Below are positions 1 through 15,000 of a stretch of 64,000 bases of DNA, one piece after another. Each line of letters begins with the position of its first letter. The stretch's first letter is position 1. The position numbers and the translations under genes were made by a program. The stretch is from NCBI GenBank assembly GCA_964016885.1, contig OZ024744.1, forward strand, positions 114,080,001 to 114,144,000. Direction: 5' to 3'. The DNA is from Eledone cirrhosa (Eukaryota). Under the pieces are notes generated by a model. The model did not search any database. It was not told where the DNA came from and worked only from the letters and a program-made list of their open reading frames with translations.

Positions 1-3000
1 AAGTGTTCATGTAGGTGTCACAACAAAAAGTACCCAGTGCACTCTGTAAAGTGGTCATGTAGGTCTCTGAACAAAAATTACCCAGTCCATACTGTAAAGT
101 AGTCATGTAGGTGTCACAACAAAAAGTACCCAGTCCACACTGTAAAGTGGTCATATAGATGTCACAACAAAAAGCAACCAGTACCCACTATAAATTGGTC
201 ATGACAAAAAGTACCCAGTACACACTGTAAAGTGGTCATGAGGTGCTACAACAAAAAGTACGCAGTACACACCGTAAAGTGATCAAGTAGGTGTCTCAAC
301 ATAAAGTACCCAGTCGACACCGTAAAGTGATCATATAGGTGTCAAAACAAAATTACCCAGTACACAATGTAAAGTGGTGAAGTATGTACCACAACAAAGA
401 GTACCCAGTACACACTGTAAAGTGGTCATGTAGGTGTCACAACAAAAACTACCAAGTACACACTGTAAAGTGTCATGTAGGTGTCACAACAAAAATAACC
501 CAGTCCACTTTGTAAAGTGTTCATGTAGGAGTCACAACAAAAAGTACCCAGTGCACACTGTAAAGTAGTCATAAAGGTGTCACAACTAAAAGTACCCAGT
601 ACACACTGTAAAGTGGTCATGTAGGTGTCATGACAAAAATTACCAAGTACACACTGTAAAGTGGTCATGTAGGTGTCATGACAAAAATTACCCAGTACAC
701 ACTGTAAAGTGGTCATGTAGGTGTCATGACAAAAATTACCCAGTACACACTGTAAAGTGTTCATGTAGGTCTCAGGACAAAGAATACCCAGTCCATACTG
801 TAAAGCGGTGAGATAGGTGTCACAACGAAAAGTAGCAAGTACACACTGTAAAGTGCTCATGCAGGTGTCACTATAAAAATTACCCAGTACACACTGTAAA
901 GAGTTTGTGTAGGTCTCACAACAAAGCGGCACCCTGTCCACACGGTAAAGTGGTCATGTAGCTGTCACAAACACACAGTACACATTGTGAAGTGGTCATG
1001 TAACTGTCACAACAAAAAACACCCATTCCACACTGTAAAATGGTCAGGAAGGTGTGACAACAAATACTACCCAGTAGGTGTCACAAGAAAAAACACCCAG
1101 TATACATTGTGAAGTGTCACATTGTAGGTGTCACAACAAAAAGCACCCAGTGCACACTGTAAAGTGGTCATGTAGGTGTCATGACAAAAGGTACCCAGTA
1201 CACACTGTAAAGTGGTCATGTAGGTGTCACAACAAAAAGTACCTAGTACACAATGTAAAGTTTTCACGTAGGTATCACAACAAAAAGTACCCAATCCACC
1301 CTGTAAAGTGGTCATGCAGGTGTCACAACAAAACGTACCCAGTACACACTGTAAAGTGGTCACAGCAAAAAGTACCCAGTACACACTGTAAAGTGGTCAT
1401 GTTGGTGTCACAACAAAAAGTACCTAGTACACTCTAAAGTGGTCATGTAGGTGTCACTACAAAAAGTACCCAGTACACATTGTGCAGTGGTTATGTATGT
1501 GTCACAACATAATGTACCCAATACACTCTAAAGTGGTCATGTAGGTGTCACTATAAAAAGTACCCAGTACACACTGTAAAGTGGTCATGTAGGTGTCACT
1601 ACAAAAAGTACCCAGTACACACTGTAAAGTGGTCATGTAGGTGTCACAACAAAAATACCCAATACACACTGTAAAATAGTCATGTAGGTATCACTACAAA
1701 AAGTACTCAGTACACACTGTAAAGTGGTCATGTAGGTGTCATGACAAAATTACCCAATCCACACTCTAAAGTCCTCATGTAGGTGTCACAACAAAAAGCA
1801 CCCAGTCCACACTGTAAAGTGGTCATGTAGGTGTCACAACAAAAAGTACCCACTACACACTGTAAAGTGGTCATGTAGGTGTCACAACAAAAGGTACCCA
1901 ATCCACGCTGTAAAGTGGTCTTGTAGGTGTCACAACAAAAAGTACCCAGTACACACTGTAAAGTGGTCATGTAGGTGTCACAACAAAACTAACCAGTACA
2001 CACTGTAAAGTGGTCATGTAGGTGTCACAACAAAAGGTACCCAGTACACACTGTAAAGTGGTCATGTAGGTGTCACAACAAAAAGTACCTAGAACACATT
2101 GTAAAGTGGTCATGTAGCTGTACCAACAAAAAATACCCAGTACACACTGTAAAGTGGTCATGTAGGTGACACAACAAAAAGTTCCTAGTACACAGAGTAA
2201 AGTGGTAATGAAGGTGTCACAACAAAAAGTACCCAGTCCACACTGTAAAGTGGTCATGTAGGTGTCAACAAAAATTACCCAGTACACACTGTAAAGTGGT
2301 CATGTAGGTGTCACAACAAAAAGTACCTAGTACACACTGTAAAGTGGTCATGTAGGTGTCACAACAAAAAGTACCTAGTACACACTGTAAAGTGGTCATG
2401 CAGGTGTCACAACAAAAAGTACCCAGTACACACTGTAAAGTGGTCATGCAGGTGTCATAACAAAAAGTACTCAGTACACACTGTAAAGTGGTCATGTAGG
2501 TGTCACAACAAAAAGTACCTGGTACACGCTGTAAAGTGGTTATGTAGGTGTCACAACAAAAGGTACCCAGTTCACACTGTAAAGTGGTCATGTAGGTGTT
2601 ACAACAAAAAGTACCAAGTACACACTGTAAAGTGGTCATGTAGGTGTCACAACAAAAGGTATCCAGTACACACTGTAAAGTAGTCATGTAGGTGTCACTA
2701 GAAAAATTACCCAGTTCACACTGTAAGGTAGTGATGTAGGTGTCGCAACAAAATGTACCCAGTACACACTGTATAGTGGTCATGTAGGTCTCACAACACG
2801 CAGTCCACACTGTAAAATGGTCATGTAGGTGTCTGAATAAAAATTACCAAGTCCACAATGTAAAGTTCTCATGTAGGTGTCACAACAAAAAGCATCCGGT
2901 CCACACTGTAAAGTCTTGTAGGTGTCACAACAAAAAGTACCCAGTACACACTGTATAGTGGTCATGTAGGTGTCACAACAAAATGTAACCAGTACACACT

Positions 3001-6000
3001 GTAAAATAGTCATGTATGCGTCACAACAAAATTACCCAGTCCACACTGTAAAGTGGTCATGTAGATGTCATGACAATAAGTACACAGCACACAATGTAAT
3101 GTAGCCATGTAGATGTCAGAACAAAATGTACCCAGTACACACTCTAAAGTGGTCATGTAGGCGTCACAAAAAATACCCAGTACACATTGTAAAGTGGTCA
3201 TGTAGGTGTCATGACAAAAAGTACCCAGTACACACTGTAAAGTGGTCATGTAGGTGTCACAACAAAAGGTACCCAGTATACACTGTAAAGTAGTCATGTA
3301 GGTGTCACAACAAAATTACCCAACCACACTCTAAAGTGCTCATCTAGGTGTCACAACAAAAATCACTCAGTCCACACTGTAAAGTGGTCATGTAGGTGTC
3401 ACAACAAAAAGTACCCAGTACACACTGTAAAGTGGTCATGTAGTTGTCTCAACAAAAAGTACCCAGTAGACACTGTAAAGTGGTCATGTAGGTGTCACTA
3501 CAAAAAGTACCCAGTACACACTGTAAAGTGGTCATGTAGGTGTCACAACAAAAATACCCAGTACACACTGTAAAGTGGTCATGCAGGTGTCACAACAAAA
3601 AGTACCCAGTACACACTGTAAAGTGGTCACAGCAAAAAGTACCCAGTACACACTGCAAAGTGGTCATGTAGGTGTCACAACAAAAAGTACCCAGAACACA
3701 ATGTAAAGTTTTCACGTAGGTATCACAACAAAAAGTACCCAATCCACCCTGTAAAGTGGTCATGTAGGTGTCACAACCAAAAGTACCCAGTACACACTGT
3801 AAAGTGGTCATGTAGGTGTCACAACAAAACTACGCAGTACACACTGTAAAGTGGTCATGTAGGTATCACAATAAAAAGTACCCAGTACACACTGTAAAGT
3901 GGTCATGTTGGTGTCACAACAAAAAGTACCTAGTACACTCTAAAGAGGTCATGTAGGTGTCACTACAAAAAGTACCCAGTACACACTGTGCAGTGGTTAT
4001 GTATGTGTCACAAGAAAATGTACCCAGTACACTCTAAAGTGGTCATGTAGGTGTCAACAAAAAGTACCCACTACAAACTGTAAAGTGGTCCTGTAGGTGT
4101 CACAATGAAAACTACCCAGTACACTGTAAAGTGGTCATGTAGGTGTCACAACAAAAAGTACCTAGTACACACTGTAAAGTGGTCATGTAGGTGTCACAAC
4201 AAAAAGTACCCACTACACACTGTAAAGTGGTCCTGTAGGTGTCACAACAAAAACTACACAGTACTGACTGTGAAGTGGTCATGTAGGTGTCACAACAAAA
4301 AGTACCCAGTACACACTGTAAAGTGATCATGTCGGTGTCACAACAAAAAGTACCCAGTATACACTGTAAAGTGTTCATGTAGGTGTCACAACAAAAAGTA
4401 CCCAGTACACACTGTAAAGTGGTCATGTAGATGTCACAACAACAAGTACCCAGTACACGCTGTAAAGTGGTCATGTAGGTGTCATAACAAAAGGTACCCA
4501 GTCCACACTGTAAAGTGGTCATGTAGGTATCACAACAAAAAGTACCCAGTACACACTGTAAAGTGATCATGTAGGTGTCACAACAAAAAGTACCCACTAC
4601 ACACTGTAAAGTGGTCATGTAGGTGTCATGACAAAATTACCCAATCCACACTCTAAAGTCCTCATGTAGGTGTCACAACAAAAAGCACCCAGTCCACACT
4701 GTAAAGTGGTCATGTAGGTGTCACAACAAAAAGTACCCACTACACACTGTAAGGTGGTCATGTAGGTGTCACAACAAAAGGTACCCAGTCCACACTGTAA
4801 AGTGGTCATGTAGGTGTCACAACAAAAAGTACCCAGTACACACTGTAAAGTGGTCATGTAGGTGTCACAACAAAACTACCCAGTACACACTGTAAAGTGG
4901 TCATGTAGGTATCACAATAAAAAGTACCCAGTACACACTGTAAAGTGGTCATGTTGGTGTCACAACAAAAAGTACCTAGTACACTCTAAAGAGGTCATGT
5001 AGGTGTCACTACAAAAAGTACCCAGTACACACTGTGCAGTGGTTATGTATGTGTCACAACATAATGTACCCAATACACTCTAAAGTGGTCATGTAGGTGT
5101 CACTATAAAAAGTACCCAGTACACACTGTGCAGTGGTTATGTATGTGTCACAAGAAAATGTACCCAGTACACTCTAAAGTGGTCATGTAGGTGTCAACAA
5201 AAAGTACCCACTACAAACTGTAAAGTGGTCCTGTAGGTGTCACAATGAAAACTACCCAGTACACTGTAAAGTGGTCATGTAGGTGTCACAACAAAAAGTA
5301 CCTAGTACACACTGTAAAGTGGTCATGTAGGTGTCACAACAAAAAGTACCCACTACACACTGTAAAGTGGTCCTGTAGGTGTCACAACAAAAACTACACA
5401 GTACTGACTGTGAAGTGGTCATGTAGGTGTCACAACAAAAAGTACCCAGTACACACTGTAAAGTGATCATGTCGGTGTCACAACAAAAAGTACCCAGTAT
5501 ACACTGTAAAGTGTTCATGTAGGTGTCACAACAAAAAGTACCCAGTACACACTGTAAAGTGGTCATGTAGGTGTCACAACAACAAGTACCCAGTACACGC
5601 TGTAAAGTGGTCATGTAGGTGTCATAACAAAAGGTACCCAGTCCACACTGTAAAGTGGTCATGTAGGTATCACAACAAAAAGTACCCAGTACACACTGTA
5701 AAGTGATCATGTAGGTGTCACAACAAAAAGTACCCACTACACACTGTAAAGAGGTCATGTAGGTGTCATGACAAAATTACCCAATCCACACTCTAAAGTC
5801 CTCATGTAGGTGTCACAACAAAAAGTACCCAGTACACACTGTAAAGTGGTCATGTAGGTGTCACAACAAAAAGTACCTAGTACACACTGTAAAGTGGTCA
5901 TGCAGGTGTCACAACAAAAAGTACCCAGTACACACTGTAAAGTGGTCACGCAGGTGTCACAGCAAAAAGTACCCAGTACACACTGTAAAGTGGTTATGTA

Positions 6001-9000
6001 GGTGTCACAACAAAAAGTACCCAGAACACAATGTAAAGTGTTCATGTAGGTTTCACAACAAAAAGTACCCAACCACCCTGTAAAGTGGTCATGTAGGTGT
6101 CACAACCAAAAGTACCCAGTCTACACTGTAAAGTGGTCATGTAGGTGTCACAACAAAACTACCCAGTACACACTGTAAAGTGGTCATGTAGGTGTCACAA
6201 CAAAAGGTACCCAGTCCACACTGTAAAGTGGTCATGTAGATGTCATGACAATAAGTACACAGCACACAATGTAATGTAGCCATGTAGATGTCAGAACAAA
6301 ATGTACCCAGTACACACTCTAAAGTGGTCATGTAGGCGTCACAAAAAATACCCAGTACACATTGTAAAGTGGTCATGTAGGTGTCATGACAAAAAGTACC
6401 CAGTACACACTGTAAAGTGGTCATGTAGGTGTCACAACAAAAGGTACCCAGTATACACTGTAAAGTAGTCATGTAGGTGTCACAACAAAATTACCCAACC
6501 ACACTCTAAAGTGCTCATCTAGGTGTCACAACAAAAATCACTCAGTCCACACTGTAAAGTGGTCATGTAGGTGTCACAACAAAAAGTACCCAGTACACAC
6601 TGTAAAGTGGTCATGTAGTTGTCTCAACAAAAAGTACCCAGTAGACACTGTAAAGTGGTCATGTAGGTGTCACTACAAAAAGTACCCAGTACACACTGTA
6701 AAGTGGTCATGTAGGTGTCACAACAAAAATACCCAGTACACACTGTAAAGTGGTCATGCAGGTGTCACAACAAAAAGTACCCAGTACACACTGTAAAGTG
6801 GTCACAGCAAAAAGTACCCAGTACACACTGCAAAGTGGTCATGTAGGTGTCACAACAAAAAGTACCCAGAACACAATGTAAAGTTTTCACGTAGGTATCA
6901 CAACAAAAAGTACCCAATCCACCCTGTAAAGTGGTCATGAAGGTGTCACAACCAAAAGTACCCAGTACACACTGTAAAGTGGTCATGTAGGTGTCACAAC
7001 AAAACTACCCAGTACACACTGTAAAGTGGTCATGTAGGTATCACAATAAAAAGTACCCAGTACACACTGTAAAGTGGTCATGTTGGTGTCACAACAAAAA
7101 GTACCTAGTACACTCTAAAGAGGTCATGTAGGTGTCACTACAAAAAGTACCCAGTACACACTGTGCAGTGGTTATGTATGTGTCACAACATAATGTACCC
7201 AATACACTCTAAAGTGGTCATGTAGGTGTCACTATAAAAAGTACCCAGTACACACTGTGCAGTGGTTATGTATGTGTCACAAGAAAATGTACCCAGTACA
7301 CTCTAAAGTGGTCATGTAGGTGTCAACAAAAAGTACCCACTACAAACTGTAAAGTGGTCCTGTAGGTGTCACAATGAAAACTACCCAGTACACTGTAAAG
7401 TGGTCATGTAGGTGTCACAACAAAAAGTACCTAGTACACACTGTAAAGTGGTCATGTAGGTGTCACAACAAAAAGTACCCACTACACACTGTAAAGTGGT
7501 CCTGTAGGTGTCACAACAAAAACTACACAGTACTGACTGTGAAGTGGTCATGTAGGTGTCACAACAAAAAGTACCCAGTACACACTGTAAAGTGATCATG
7601 TAGGTGTGACAACAAAAATACCCAGTACATACTGTAAAGTGGTCGTGTAGGTGTGACAACAAAAAGTACCCAGTACACACTGTAAAGTGGTCATGTAGGT
7701 GTGACAACAAAAAGTACCCAGTACACGTAAAGTAATCATGTAGGTGTCACAAGAAAAAGTATCCAGTACACACTGTAAAGTGGTCATATAGTTGTCTCGA
7801 CAAAATTCACCCAGACCACACTGTAAACTGGTTATGCAGGCGTCATAGGAGGCTCCCAGTTCACACTGTTAAGTGGTCATATAGGTGTCAGAACAAAGAG
7901 TCAGGACACACTGTAAAGTGATCATATAGTTGTCACAACAAAAAACTGCTAGTCCATACTGTAAAGTGGTCATGAGGTGCCACAACAAAAAGTACGCAGT
8001 CCACACCGTAAAGTGGTCATGTAGGTGCCACAACACAAAGTAGCCAGTCGACACCGTAAAGTGGTCATATAGGTGTCAAAACAAAATTACCCAGTACACA
8101 CTGTAAAGTGGTCATGTAGGTGTCATGACAAAAAGTACCCAGTACACACTGTAAAGTAGTCATGTAGGTGTCACAACAAAAAGTACCCAGTACACACTGT
8201 AAAGTAGTCATGTAGGTGTCACAACAAAAATAACCCAGTCCACTTTGTAAAGTGTTCATGTAGGTGTCACAACAAAAAGTACCCAGTGCACTCTGTAAAG
8301 TGGTCATGTAGGTCTCTGAACAAAAATTACCCAGTCCATACTGTAAAGTAGTCATGTAGGTGTCACAACAAAAAGTACCCAGTCCACACTGTAAAGTGGT
8401 CATATAGATGTCACAACAAAAAGCAACCAGTACCCACTATAAATTGGTCATGACAAAAAGTACCCAGTACACACTGTAAAGTGGTCATGAGGTGCTACAA
8501 CAAAAAGTACGCAGTACACACCGTAAAGTGATCAAGTAGGTGTCTCAACATAAAGTACCCAGTCGACACCGTAAAGTGATCATATAGGTGTCAAAACAAA
8601 ATTACCCAGTACACAATGTAAAGTGGTGAAGTATGTACCACAACAAAGAGTACCCAGTACACACTGTAAAGTGGTCATGTAGGTGTCACAACAAAAACTA
8701 CCAAGTACACACTGTAAAGTGTCATGTAGGTGTCACAACAAAAATAACCCAGTCCACTTTGTAAAGTGTTCATGTAGGAGTCACAACAAAAAGTACCCAG
8801 TGCACACTGTAAAGTAGTCATAAAGGTGTCACAACTAAAAGTACCCAGTACACACTGTAAAGTGGTCATGTAGGTGTCATGACAAAAATTACCAAGTACA
8901 CACTGTAAAGTGGTCATGTAGGTGTCATGACAAAAATTACCCAGTACACACTGTAAAGTGGTCATGTAGGTGTCATGACAAAAATTACCCAGTACACACT

Positions 9001-12000
9001 GTAAAGTGTTCATGTAGGTCTCAGGACAAAGAATACCCAGTCCATACTGTAAAGCGGTGAGATAGGTGTCACAACGAAAAGTAGCAAGTACACACTGTAA
9101 AGTGCTCATGCAGGTGTCACTATAAAAATTACCCAGTACACACTGTAAAGAGTTTGTGTAGGTCTCACAACAAAGCGGCACCCTGTCCACACGGTAAAGT
9201 GGTCATGTAGCTGTCACAAACACACAGTACACATTGTGAAGTGGTCATGTAACTGTCACAACAAAAAACACCCATTCCACACTGTAAAATGGTCAGGAAG
9301 GTGTGACAACAAATACTACCCAGTAGGTGTCACAAGAAAAAACACCCAGTATACATTGTGAAGTGTCACATTGTAGGTGTCACAACAAAAAGCACCCAGT
9401 GCACACTGTAAAGTGGTCATGTAGGTGTCATGACAAAAGGTACCCAGTACACACTGTAAAGTGGTCATGTAGGTGTCACAACAAAAAGTACCTAGTACAC
9501 AATGTAAAGTTTTCACGTAGGTATCACAACAAAAAGTACCCAATCCACCCTGTAAAGTGGTCATGCAGGTGTCACAACAAAACGTACCCAGTACACACTG
9601 TAAAGTGGTCACAGCAAAAAGTACCCAGTACACACTGTAAAGTGGTCATGTTGGTGTCACAACAAAAAGTACCTAGTACACTCTAAAGTGGTCATGTAGG
9701 TGTCACTACAAAAAGTACCCAGTACACATTGTGCAGTGGTTATGTATGTGTCACAACATAATGTACCCAATACACTCTAAAGTGGTCATGTAGGTGTCAC
9801 TATAAAAAGTACCCAGTACACACTGTAAAGTGGTCATGTAGGTGTCACTACAAAAAGTACCCAGTACACACTGTAAAGTGGTCATGTAGGTGTCACAACA
9901 AAAAGTACCCAGTGCACTCTGTAAAGTGGTCATGTAGGTCTCTGAACAAAAATTACCCAGTCCATACTGTAAAGTAGTCATGTAGGTGTCACAACAAAAA
10001 GTACCCAGTCCACACTGTAAAGTGGTCATATAGATGTCACAACAAAAAGCAACCAGTACCCACTATAAATTGGTCATGACAAAAAGTACCCAGTACACAC
10101 TGTAAAGTGGTCATGAGGTGCTACAACAAAAAGTATGCAGTACACACCGTAAAGTGATCAAGTAGGTGTCTCAACATAAAGTACCCAGTCGACACCGTAA
10201 AGTGATCATATAGGTGTCAAAACAAAATTACCCAGTACACAATGTAAAGTGGTGAAGTATGTACCACAACAAAGAGTACCCAGTACACACTGTAAAGTGG
10301 TCATGTAGGTGTCACAACAAAAACTACCAAGTACACACTGTAAAGTGTCATGTAGGTGTCACAACAAAAATAACCCAGTCCACTTTGTAAAGTGTTCATG
10401 TAGGAGTCACAACAAAAAGTACCCAGTGCACACTGTAAAGTAGTCATAAAGGTGTCACAACTAAAAGTACCCAGTACACACTGTAAAGTGGTCATGTAGG
10501 TGTCATGACAAAAATTACCAAGTACACACTGTAAAGTGGTCATGTAGGTGTCATGACAAAAATTACCCAGTACACACTGTAAAGTGGTCATGTAGGTGTC
10601 ATGACAAAAATTACCCAGTACACACTGTAAAGTGTTCATGTAGGTCTCAGGACAAAGAATACCCAGTCCATACTGTAAAGCGGTGAGATAGGTGTCACAA
10701 CGAAAAGTAGCAAGTACACACTGTAAAGTGCTCATGCAGGTGTCACTATAAAAATTACCCAGTACACACTGTAAAGAGTTTGTGTAGGTCTCACAACAAA
10801 GCGGCACCCTGTCCACACGGTAAAGTGGTCATGTAGCTGTCACAAACACACAGTACACATTGTGAAGTGGTCATGTAACTGTCACAACAAAAAACACCCA
10901 TTCCACACTGTAAAATGGTCAGGAAGGTGACAACAAATACTACCCAGTAGGTGTCACAAGAAAAAACACCCAGTATACATTGTGAAGTGTCACATTGTAG
11001 GTGTCACAACAAAAAGCACCCAGTGCACACTGTAAAGTGGTCATGTAGGTGTCATGACAAAAGGTACCCAGTACACACTGTAAAGTGGTCATGTAGGTGT
11101 CACAACAAAAAGTACCTAGTACACAATGTAAAGTTTTCACGTAGGTATCACAACAAAAAGTACCCAATCCACCCTGTAAAGTGGTCATGCAGGTGTCACA
11201 ACAAAACGTACCCAGTACACACTGTAAAGTGGTCACAGCAAAAAGTACCCAGTACACACTGTAAAGTGGTCATGTTGGTGTCACAACAAAAAGTACCTAG
11301 TACACTCTAAAGTGGTCATGTAGGTGTCACTACAAAAAGTACCCAGTACACATTGTGCAGTGGTTATGTATGTGTCACAACATAATGTACCCAATACACT
11401 CTAAAGTGGTCATGTAGGTGTCACTATAAAAAGTACCCAGTACACACTGTAAAGTGGTCATGTAGGTGTCACTACAAAAAGTACCCAGTACACACTGTAA
11501 AGTGGTCATGTAGGTGTCACAACAAAAATACCCAATACACACTGTAAAATAGTCATGTAGGTATCACTACAAAAAGTACTCAGTACACACTGTAAAGTGG
11601 TCATGTAGGTGTCATGACAAAATTACCCAATCCACACTCTAAAGTCCTCATGTAGGTGTCACAACAAAAAGCACCCAGTCCACACTGTAAAGTGGTCATG
11701 TAGGTGTCACAACAAAAAGTACCCACTACACACTGTAAAGTGGTCATGTAGGTGTCACAACAAAAGGTACCCAATCCACGCTGTAAAGTGGTCTTGTAGG
11801 TGTCACAACAAAAAGTACCCAGTACACACTGTAAAGTGGTCATGTAGGTGTCACAACAAAACTAACCAGTACACACTGTAAAGTGGTCATGTAGGTGTCA
11901 CAACAAAAGGTACCCAGTACACACTGTAAAGTGGTCATGTAGGTGTCACAACAAAAAGTACCTAGAACACATTGTAAAGTGGTCATGTAGCTGTACCAAC

Positions 12001-15000
12001 AAAAAATACCCAGTACACACTGTAAAGTGGTCATGTAGGTGACACAACAAAAAGTTCCTAGTACACAGAGTAAAGTGGTAATGAAGGTGTCACAACAAAA
12101 AGTACCCAGTCCACACTGTAAAGTGGTCATGTAGGTGTCAACAAAAATTACCCAGTACACACTGTAAAGTGGTCATGTAGGTGTCACAACAAAAAGTACC
12201 TAGTACACACTGTAAAGTGGTCATGTAGGTGTCACAACAAAAAGTACCTAGTACACACTGTAAAGTGGTCATGCAGGTGTCACAACAAAAAGTACCCAGT
12301 ACACACTGTAAAGTGGTCATGCAGGTGTCATAACAAAAAGTACTCAGTACACACTGTAAAGTGGTCATGTAGGTGTCACAACAAAAAGTACCTGGTACAC
12401 GCTGTAAAGTGGTTATGTAGGTGTCACAACAAAAGGTACCCAGTTCACACTGTAAAGTGGTCATGTAGGTGTTACAACAAAAAGTACCAAGTACACACTG
12501 TAAAGTGGTCATGTAGGTGTCACAACAAAAGGTATCCAGTACACACTGTAAAGTAGTCATGTAGGTGTCACTAGAAAAATTACCCAGTTCACACTGTAAG
12601 GTAGTGATGTAGGTGTCGCAACAAAATGTACCCAGTACACACTGTATAGTGGTCATGTAGGTCTCACAACACGCAGTCCACACTGTAAAATGGTCATGTA
12701 GGTGTCTGAATAAAAATTACCAAGTCCACAATGTAAAGTTCTCATGTAGGTGTCACAACAAAAAGCATCCGGTCCACACTGTAAAGTCTTGTAGGTGTCA
12801 CAACAAAAAGTACCCAGTACACACTGTATAGTGGTCATGTAGGTGTCACAACAAAATGTAACCAGTACACACTGTAAAATAGTCATGTATGCGTCACAAC
12901 AAAATTACCCAGTCCACACTGTAAAGTGGTCATGTAGATGTCATGACAATAAGTACACAGCACACAATGTAATGTAGCCATGTAGATGTCAGAACAAAAT
13001 GTACCCAGTACACACTCTAAAGTGGTCATGTAGGCGTCACAAAAAATACCCAGTACACATTGTAAAGTGGTCATGTAGGTGTCATGACAAAAAGTACCCA
13101 GTACACACTGTAAAGTGGTCATGTAGGTGTCACAACAAAAGGTACCCAGTATACACTGTAAAGTAGTCATGTAGGTGTCACAACAAAATTACCCAACCAC
13201 ACTCTAAAGTGCTCATCTAGGTGTCACAACAAAAATCACTCAGTCCACACTGTAAAGTGGTCATGTAGGTGTCACAACAAAAAGTACCCAGTACACACTG
13301 TAAAGTGGTCATGTAGTTGTCTCAACAAAAAGTACCCAGTAGACACTGTAAAGTGGTCATGTAGGTGTCACTACAAAAAGTACCCAGTACACACTGTAAA
13401 GTGGTCATGTAGGTGTCACAACAAAAATACCCAGTACACACTGTAAAGTGGTCATGCAGGTGTCACAACAAAAAGTACCCAGTACACACTGTAAAGTGGT
13501 CACAGCAAAAAGTACCCAGTACACACTGCAAAGTGGTCATGTAGGTGTCACAACAAAAAGTACCCAGAACACAATGTAAAGTTTTCACGTAGGTATCACA
13601 ACAAAAAGTACCCAATCCACCCTGTAAAGTGGTCATGTAGGTGTCACAACCAAAAGTACCCAGTACACACTGTAAAGTGGTCATGTAGGTGTCACAACAA
13701 AACTACCCAGTACACACTGTAAAGTGGTCATGTAGGTATCACAATAAAAAGTACCCAGTACACACTGTAAAGTGGTCATGTTGGTGTCACAACAAAAAGT
13801 ACCTAGTACACTCTAAAGAGGTCATGTAGGTGTCACTACAAAAAGTACCCAGTACACACTGTGCAGTGGTTATGTATGTGTCACAACATAATGTACCCAA
13901 TACACTCTAAAGTGGTCATGTAGGTGTCACTATAAAAAGTACCCAGTACACACTGTGCAGTGGTTATGTATGTGTCACAAGAAAATGTACCCAGTACACT
14001 CTAAAGTGGTCATGTAGGTGTCAACAAAAAGTACCCACTACAAACTGTAAAGTGGTCCTGTAGGTGTCACAATGAAAACTACCCAGTACACTGTAAAGTG
14101 GTCATGTAGGTGTCACAACAAAAAGTACCTAGTACACACTGTAAAGTGGTCATGTAGGTGTCACAACAAAAAGTACCCACTACACACTGTAAAGTGGTCC
14201 TGTAGGTGTCACAACAAAAACTACACAGTACTGACTGTGAAGTGGTCATGTAGGTGTCACAACAAAAAGTACCCAGTACACACTGTAAAGTGATCATGTA
14301 GGTGTGACAACAAAAATACCCAGTACATACTGTAAAGTGGTCGTGTAGGTGTGACAACAAAAAGTACCCAGTACACACTGTAAAGTGGTCATGTAGGTGT
14401 GACAACAAAAAGTACCCAGTACACGTAAAGTAATCATGTAGGTGTCACAAGAAAAAGTATCCAGTACACACTGTAAAGTGGTCATATAGTTGTCTCGACA
14501 AAATTCACCCAGACCACACTGTAAACTGGTTATGCAGGCGTCATAGGAGGCTCCCAGTTCACACTGTTAAGTGGTCATATAGGTGTCAGAACAAAGAGTC
14601 AGGACACACTGTAAAGTGATCATATAGTTGTCACAACAAAAAACTGCTAGTCCATACTGTAAAGTGGTCATGAGGTGCCACAACAAAAAGTACGCAGTCC
14701 ACACCGTAAAGTGGTCATGTAGGTGCCACAACACAAAGTAGCCAGTCGACACCGTAAAGTGGTCATATAGGTGTCAAAACAAAATTACCCAGTACACACT
14801 GTAAAGTGGTCATGTAGGTGTCATGACAAAAAGTACCCAGTACACACTGTAAAGTAGTCATGTAGGTGTCACAACAAAAAGTACCCAGTACACACTGTAA
14901 AGTAGTCATGTAGGTGTCACAACAAAAATAACCCAGTCCACTTTGTAAAGTGTTCATGTAGGTGTCACAACAAAAAGTACCCAGTGCACTCTGTAAAGTG